The notes under the pieces are model-generated. The model had not been told where the DNA came from. It saw nothing but the letters and a program-made list of their open reading frames with translations, and made no database searches. Positions 62,072 through 64,000 of a stretch of DNA of 64,000 nt are shown here, in pieces. The position numbers were made by a program, and so were the translations under genes. The DNA is taken from assembly GCF_006345805.1 (NCBI RefSeq), contig NC_043000.1, forward strand, positions 14,508,001 through 14,572,000, read 5' to 3'. How positions within the stretch are numbered: position 1 is the first letter of the stretch; each line of letters begins with the position of its first letter. The DNA comes from Octopus sinensis. Taxonomy: Eukaryota.

Positions 62072-63454
62072 CTGGAAACAAGAGAGGAAAGAATCATTAG
62101 AATCTTTGTGAAACATTCAATTAATAAATGAGATGCAATAATAAGGAAACAAATTTTGACAAACTGTCAGATTCTTAAAGCTTAATAAGCAGAGATTTTC
62201 TGGTATGAAGGGTCCTTCATTTTTTTAAGCAAAAAAAATAATTAAAAAATGAAAAAAATGAAAAAAATAAAATGAAAATAAAAAATTAAAAAAAACACAT
62301 TGGCAATAATATATACTCATAAAACTTAAACTGACATGGGAAAAAAATCAAATTTGATAATGATGATGACAGCAATGATGTTGATGATGACAATGATGAC
62401 GTCAATTCTTTCTCTCTGTCAGTCTGTATGTCTGTCTCAGTGTTTGTCTCTTTCTCTCTCTTGTTCTTAGAATTGGCTATGCTGCACTACAAGAAGAGCT
62501 GTGGAAAGCCATTCACAATATCCCTTTCACCAGAAAAGAAGAAGAGTTGAGCAAGGAGCCAGCAACGTCTTTTCTTGGGAAACTGATATGCTACTAGAAT
62601 CATCCAAGGACCAACTAATGTGCAGTAGGGAACAGAAATAAAGCAGGAAGGTGAAAAGACTGGGTCATTAGCAAACAACAATGGCAGCTGAAGTGTTAGA
62701 CATGGAAACTGGCACTCCATCGGTTATGATGACAAGGGTTCCAGTATACAAGTGGTTGAGTGCTCCACAGACACCCATGCCTTTAAAGTAGTTCCCAGAG
62801 AGATTCAGTGTGATACAGAATGTGACAAGACTGGCCCTTTGAAATACAGGTCATAATCATCATCATTTAATGTCCATTTTTTATGCTTGCATAGGTTGGA
62901 TGGTTTGACTGGGGACTGGCAAGCCAAGAGGCTGCACCAGGCTTCAATCTGATCTGGCAAGGTTTCTACAGCTGGATGTCCTTCCTAATGCCAACCACTC
63001 CAAGAGTGTTGTGGATGCATTTTACATGCCACCTTGCCAGCTGAGTAGCCTGGAGCAAAGCAAAATAATGTGTCTTGTCCAAGGGCACAACATACCACTG
63101 GGAATTGAACTCTTGACCCTACCATCATGAGGTGAATAACCTAATCACGAAGCCATGCATAAAAAAAAAAACATCAGTAAGGTCAATAGGCAAGAAGTGT
63201 AAGAAGAAATCAAAGCAATGTAGGTCATCAGTCAAACATGAAGCAAATCATCCCGGTCATTAAAACCCAGTGGATTGATAAATGCTCCAGCTGAGGCTCC
63301 TTCTATGCAAAAATCATTAAGTCAAGATGCCTCTTCACCAGAAGAGACAATGACAACTGGAAATGAGAAGACCAGTAAGAAAACTTTTGAGGAGAAAGCG
63401 TTCAAGGTTTATAAAATGTTGATGGGTAAAAAAAATTTTAAAAAAACACCATTT

Positions 63455-63663
63455 GGGCGTGGCCGTTGCCAGTGCCACCTGACTGGTCATTGTGCTGGTG
63501 GCACGTAAAAGCACCCACTACACTCTCGGAGTGGTTGGCGTTAGGAAGGGCATCCAGCTGTAGAAACTCTGCCAGATCAAGATTGGAGCCTGGTGCAGTC
63601 ATATGGTTCGCCAATCCTCAGTCAAATCATCCAACCCATGCTAGCATGGAAAGCAGACGTTAA
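63455..63663 (+). mobile_element. (GAT)n-tailed SINE family copy
   Basis: Family sequence. Confidence 0.8.
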
Positions 63664-64000
63664 ACAAACAATGAAACAATGGGTAAATAGTAATCAGTTG
63701 ATCCAGTGGCTTCACATCAACGAAAGGGGCCAGTGTGCTGTAGAGCTAATAATATGAAAGGCCTAAAACAGAGTGCATTCACTCCTGATGAACCCAGAAA
63801 CCTACTGGTATCTATTATTGACTTTTACTTTTATGTGTTTCGGTCATTAGACTGCAGTCATGCTGGGGCACTGTGTTGAAGAATCTTAGTTGAATGAAAT
63901 TGGCCCCAGTACTTTTTTCTAAGCTTGGTACTTAATCTATCTATCAGGCTCTTTCGCTGAACCACTATGTTACAGGGATGTAAACACACTAGCACCAGTT

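Noticed and set aside
62471-62640. Plus-strand exon-like segment after a pyrimidine tract (IGYAALQEELWKA... or NWLCCTTRR...)
   Set aside because: The tract is a (TC)n-like microsatellite, there is no clear donor or motif, and it is antisense to a THADA intron; probably an old transposon fragment.
63784-63812. CTGATGA...GAAAC...GTA motif
   Set aside because: Stems I and II cannot pair; likely chance or fully decayed.

Overview
AT-rich, repeat-dense animal genomic DNA. The SINE, microsatellite and Penelope-type repeat content points to Octopus or another coleoid cephalopod (inference). The right third (44018-62071, minus strand) holds the last 12 coding exons of a THADA/Trm732 orthologue. I assembled them by hand with phase-consistent GT-AG junctions, including a 33-nt microexon. 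A second, unidentified gene on the plus strand ends at 39355, convergent with THADA. At 1407-5583 sits a complete 4177-bp LTR retrotransposon with 294-bp LTRs and a 5-bp TSD. It has an atypical RT/RNase H, a -1 frameshift heptamer plus pseudoknot, no canonical tRNA PBS, and a frameshifted pol. The remainder is SINEs, LINE, mariner, Helitron and MITE remnants, and microsatellites. The most interesting signals are: (i) several minimal hammerhead-ribozyme-like motifs with non-canonical cores, including a G3-C8 covariant one in a 191-bp TSD-flanked element lying sense within a THADA intron; (ii) the atypical LTR element; (iii) several long fold-back or inverted repeats in and around THADA introns. 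All structures were read by eye, with no database searches or folding computations.
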